The notes under the pieces are model-generated. The model was not told the DNA's origin. It made no database searches and saw nothing but the letters and a program-made list of their open reading frames with translations. Below, one piece after another: positions 61,072 to 64,000 of a stretch of 64,000 nt of DNA (within the stretch, counting starts at the first letter, position 1; each line of letters begins with the position of its first letter). This DNA comes from Paraspadella gotoi (Eukaryota > Animalia > Chaetognatha): contig CM119271.1 of assembly GCA_051294375.1 (NCBI GenBank), forward strand, positions 6,821,632 through 6,885,631. Reading direction: 5' to 3'. A program made the position numbers and the translations under genes.

Positions 61072-62361
61072 TCATTTCTTCCTGTCACGGCGATCGAGTC
61101 GGGATCTGTCTCTATCCCAGCCTTTTTCAACTCTGTGTGGAGAGCGAGAATCACCGTTGTGATAAAAATCGCGGTCTCTTCTTTCCGAAACTTCCGTTGA
61201 TCTTCCTTTCGGCCTTGTCGGAGTCGGTTTACGATCTGCTGAAAGGGATCGTCGCCTATATCCAGAAGGCGACCGAGACCGTTTTTTAAATCTGCCAGTC
61301 GATAGCGACTTCATCGCGGGAGATCTTGATCGTGATCTTCGCCGACTAAACGACGGTGGCGACTTTAGAGCGGGAGAAATCGACCGCCGCCTTATTCTGT
61401 CTCTCGTTTTGTCGTCAGCGCCGCGTGGCGATTTCGGGAGTCCCCCGTGATAATCTTTCAAGTCTCTTTCCCTTTTATCTTCGTCAGATTCGTCGTCGTC
61501 GTCCGAATTATCGCGCTTTTTAGACTTCCGTTTCTTTTCTTTTTTCTTTTTCTTTTTATTCTTCTTTTCTTCCGACCCTCCGTTCTGTAGCTTTAAAAAT
61601 TTTTTCATCAATTTTTTCTTTTCTTTTTCGGTCAAGTTTCTAATGAAGGCGATTTCGTCCATGTCGTCGTCGTCGCTCTCGATCATCCTTTCGTTTTCTA
61701 TCTCCTGGTCGAGGGGGCGCTCCTTGGCGTTTCGCTTCAGCACCAGGTTATCCTCCTCCATGCCATCGAGAATCTCGTCTCGCGTTAGAGTTTTGTCGCT
61801 GGTTTCGCCGTCGTCGCGACGATGACGCTGCTGGTTCTTCTTGCGTGCCTTCTCTTCCTCGATCTTGGCCTGCACCTCCAATTGCTGCCCTGCCTCTTCT
61901 TTGGACAGGCCAAACATGGGGCAGATGCGCTGAGTGTTGAGATGTCCCCACTGATGGCACTTGATACACCGAACGTTGCGAACCTCGATGCCGAACGGCT
62001 GATCGCGCACCTCCTCGTTCCCTTTGGCGATATCCTCGCGCGGGGCATTGTACTTGCGTTGCCACTCGAACTTAACCTCTGCCTGGCCGAGGGCGGCGGC
62101 CTCTTTGGCCTCTAAGTCCTGTTTCCGCGCCCCGGGCGGAGGTTCATACATGAAGGAGAGGCCAAGTTTAGCCTTTTCGTTACCGAGCAGCTGCTTGTTC
62201 TGAAACAATTCCTGTTCACGCGCGTATTGTGACCGAAGATCCGCCTCTTTTTGCTCCCGCAGCTTCTTCTCCTCCTCTTTCATCCATATTCTCTTTTGGT
62301 TGTCACGATTGGCAGGATGAAAATCCTTTTTCATCATAAAGTTCTCGAATCCCTTCCCCAT
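61072..62361 (-). CDS. CIR1: Corepressor interacting with RBPJ 1 (CIR1), intronless
   Basis: MGKGFENFMMKKDFHPAN, LSFMYEPPPG, KFEWQRKYNAPRE, DQPFGIEVRNVRCIKCHQWGH, Lys/RS-rich tail. Confidence 0.95.
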   Translation of the reverse strand: MGKGFENFMMKKDFHPANRDNQKRIWMKEEEKKLREQKEADLRSQYAREQELFQNKQLLGNEKAKLGLSFMYEPPPGARKQDLEAKEAAALGQAEVKFEWQRKYNAPREDIAKGNEEVRDQPFGIEVRNVRCIKCHQWGHLNTQRICPMFGLSKEEAGQQLEVQAKIEEEKARKKNQQRHRRDDGETSDKTLTRDEILDGMEEDNLVLKRNAKERPLDQEIENERMIESDDDDMDEIAFIRNLTEKEKKKLMKKFLKLQNGGSEEKKNKKKKKKEKKRKSKKRDNSDDDDESDEDKRERDLKDYHGGLPKSPRGADDKTRDRIRRRSISPALKSPPSFSRRRSRSRSPAMKSLSTGRFKKRSRSPSGYRRRSLSADRKPTPTRPKGRSTEVSERRDRDFYHNGDSRSPHRVEKGWDRDRSRLDRRDRKK

Positions 62362-62577
62362 CTTGGCGGTTCGGGTTGCGTCTTTTTGAAAACGAATAAA
62401 ACTTGCTAAATGAAAATAAAATGTCAATATCATGAGCAATTGCTTATATCAACATTGGTTACAGAATGCATATATGTTTATGCAAGCAAATGAAGAAAAA
62501 ACTATCGGCTAAAAATCTAAATAACATTTTCTTTTCTACGACATGAAAATTGTCCACATCACGCAGAAGTCCGGCGG

Positions 62578-63600
62578 TCAATGGCCTCCAATCGGGGGTA
62601 TCTCGCCTCCCCACTGAGCACAAAGGGTCACGTAGACGTATGCCTGGATGAGGCAGACGGCCAACTCAAGGCCCATGAACGCCGTTTGGGCGAGGAACAA
62701 AATGGGACCTCCGATCATCCCACAATTCTCGATTCCCTCAGAACAAAGTGCCAGCAACACATGACCCGCCGTCATGTTGGCCCCGAGACGAACGGTCAGC
62801 GTCAGAGGTCTAATCAACAGGGAAATGCTCTCGATCAGAACCATGGCAGGCATTAGAACGCCGGGGGTTCCCACAGGTACCAAGTGAGCGAGCATATCTT
62901 TCGGCGTATGGGCCCATCCGTGGATGAGTTGGGCCGACCAAACGCAGACTGAAAGACAAGGAAGGACTGGAAGAATCAGGGCCACCGGCGCGGAAGTCAT
63001 TGGGACGATGTAAGGAATGAGACCGGCGAGATTGAGAATAGCTATGGAGAGCATCAGAGGCGGGAGAGGAGATAGGGCTAATTGCGTCTTTCTCTTGGCA
63101 TCGAATGCAGAATCCGTCCAGAGGTCCCAAATATTATCGCCGTAGCCTTTGACGACGGCATTGTAAGCGTGACCGTTGCCGCCCAAGAAGATAAAGCTGC
63201 TGTGCGGATGATTCTTGGGAAGTCGCCCAAAAAGGAGTTTCATCTTGTCTTTTGACTTTTCCTCGTAGCCGATCATAGGCTGAAGCTGATCTGGACCCGT
63301 CTGTATCATTAAAATCTTTGGCAAAAATATAACGCTGCCAACGGAAAGAGCGTAAAGGAGACCGGTGGTCCCAACTGGATCGAATCCCATGAAGATGGTC
63401 CTCCTCTGCCGGACAATGCAATTGAGCCCAAAGCGACTATCCCCTAGCAAAAATTTTCTGTTGGTAGCAAACCTTTCTAACTTTTGACTTAAATAGGACA
63501 ATGACCCATAAGCCTTTTGGCAAGTTCTAAACTGATAACTGTTAACGACGTTAAAAAGTCCGATTTTTCCCGCTAAAGCTCTGCCCGCAATGGTTGCCAT
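62578..63600 (-). CDS. ATP6: Nucleus-encoded F0 ATP synthase subunit a (ATP6) with N-terminal presequence-like extension
   Basis: 340-aa intact ORF in the standard code: LNLAGLIPY, LAHLVPVGTP..LMP.MVLIESISLLIRPLTLTVRLGANMTAGHVLL, LELAVCLIQAYVY. The N-terminal ~70 aa are Arg/Lys-rich and acid-poor. Confidence 0.93.
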   Translation of the reverse strand: MATIAGRALAGKIGLFNVVNSYQFRTCQKAYGSLSYLSQKLERFATNRKFLLGDSRFGLNCIVRQRRTIFMGFDPVGTTGLLYALSVGSVIFLPKILMIQTGPDQLQPMIGYEEKSKDKMKLLFGRLPKNHPHSSFIFLGGNGHAYNAVVKGYGDNIWDLWTDSAFDAKRKTQLALSPLPPLMLSIAILNLAGLIPYIVPMTSAPVALILPVLPCLSVCVWSAQLIHGWAHTPKDMLAHLVPVGTPGVLMPAMVLIESISLLIRPLTLTVRLGANMTAGHVLLALCSEGIENCGMIGGPILFLAQTAFMGLELAVCLIQAYVYVTLCAQWGGEIPPIGGH

Positions 63601-63779
63601 TTTTCGAAAATCAATTAATTAAAAATCTGCAAATAAAAAGAAGACATTTTTATACAAACTCATACGATAATCTAAATTTGATATCATGATTAAAGTATTT
63701 TAAAAGCTTAACCAACACTTCATAAATGCTACAGTTGGGTACACTTCTTATATTTAAAAATAAAAGTTAGTGACTTTTT

Positions 63780-64000
63780 TTAGTGTCCACCCTCTGGGGG
63801 AATCTCTCCGCCCCATTGCGCGCAAAGGGTGACATAAACATAGGCTTGGATCATGCAAACGGCCAGCTCGAGTCCCATGAACGCCGTTTGCGCCACGAAG
63901 CCCAAAGCGCCGCCGATCATCCCGCCGTGCTCTATGCCCTCGGAGCAGAGAGCCAGAAGAACGTGACCGGCCGTCATATTCGCCCCGAGACGCACGGTCA
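63780..64000 (-). CDS. ATP6: Second tandem nuclear ATP6 paralogue (3' end only; rest lies beyond the window)
   Basis: TVRLGANMTAGHVLLALCSEGIEHGGMIGGALGFVAQTAFMGLELAVCMIQAYVYVTLCAQWGGEIPPEGGH*, colinear with the first copy. Confidence 0.9.
   Translation of the reverse strand, partial: TVRLGANMTAGHVLLALCSEGIEHGGMIGGALGFVAQTAFMGLELAVCMIQAYVYVTLCAQWGGEIPPEGGH

Noticed and set aside
62578-64000. ATP6 copies as NUMTs
   Set aside because: Intact in the standard code, N-terminal extension present, mostly synonymous divergence between copies, and no flanking mitochondrial genes or tRNAs.

Overview
Gene-dense, compact nuclear DNA from an animal-like eukaryote (short GT-AG introns, A/T-rich spacers, standard genetic code). 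I recognise 24 protein-coding genes and all of them lie on the minus strand. Many are separated by only ~100-300 bp and preceded by apparently unpaired 3' splice acceptors, which suggests a very long polycistronic, trans-spliced cluster. The genes are sidekick-like, ARMC7, NFATC2IP, WRNIP1, EXOC1, UCHL, PPP1R2-like, an orphan CaaX protein, NARS2, HADHB, AIMP1, SRSF10-like, a tri-LOTUS protein, an Ig receptor, RALGPS, STK36, XPO5, SUPV3L1, BCL7, SMS, Schlafen-like, CIR1 and two tandem ATP6 copies. Highlights: (1) ARMC7 is split by a 3.5-kb intron that holds two complete same-strand genes (WRNIP1, NFATC2IP). (2) ATP synthase subunit a (ATP6), normally mtDNA-encoded, is a nuclear gene with a presequence-like extension and is tandemly duplicated. 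(3) A Penelope-like retroelement with inverted pseudo-LTRs, a 12-bp target duplication and a hammerhead ribozyme sits in an AIMP1 intron. The only recognisable plus-strand coding remnants are transposons. Gene names come from recalled motifs and exon boundaries were read by eye; no searches were run.
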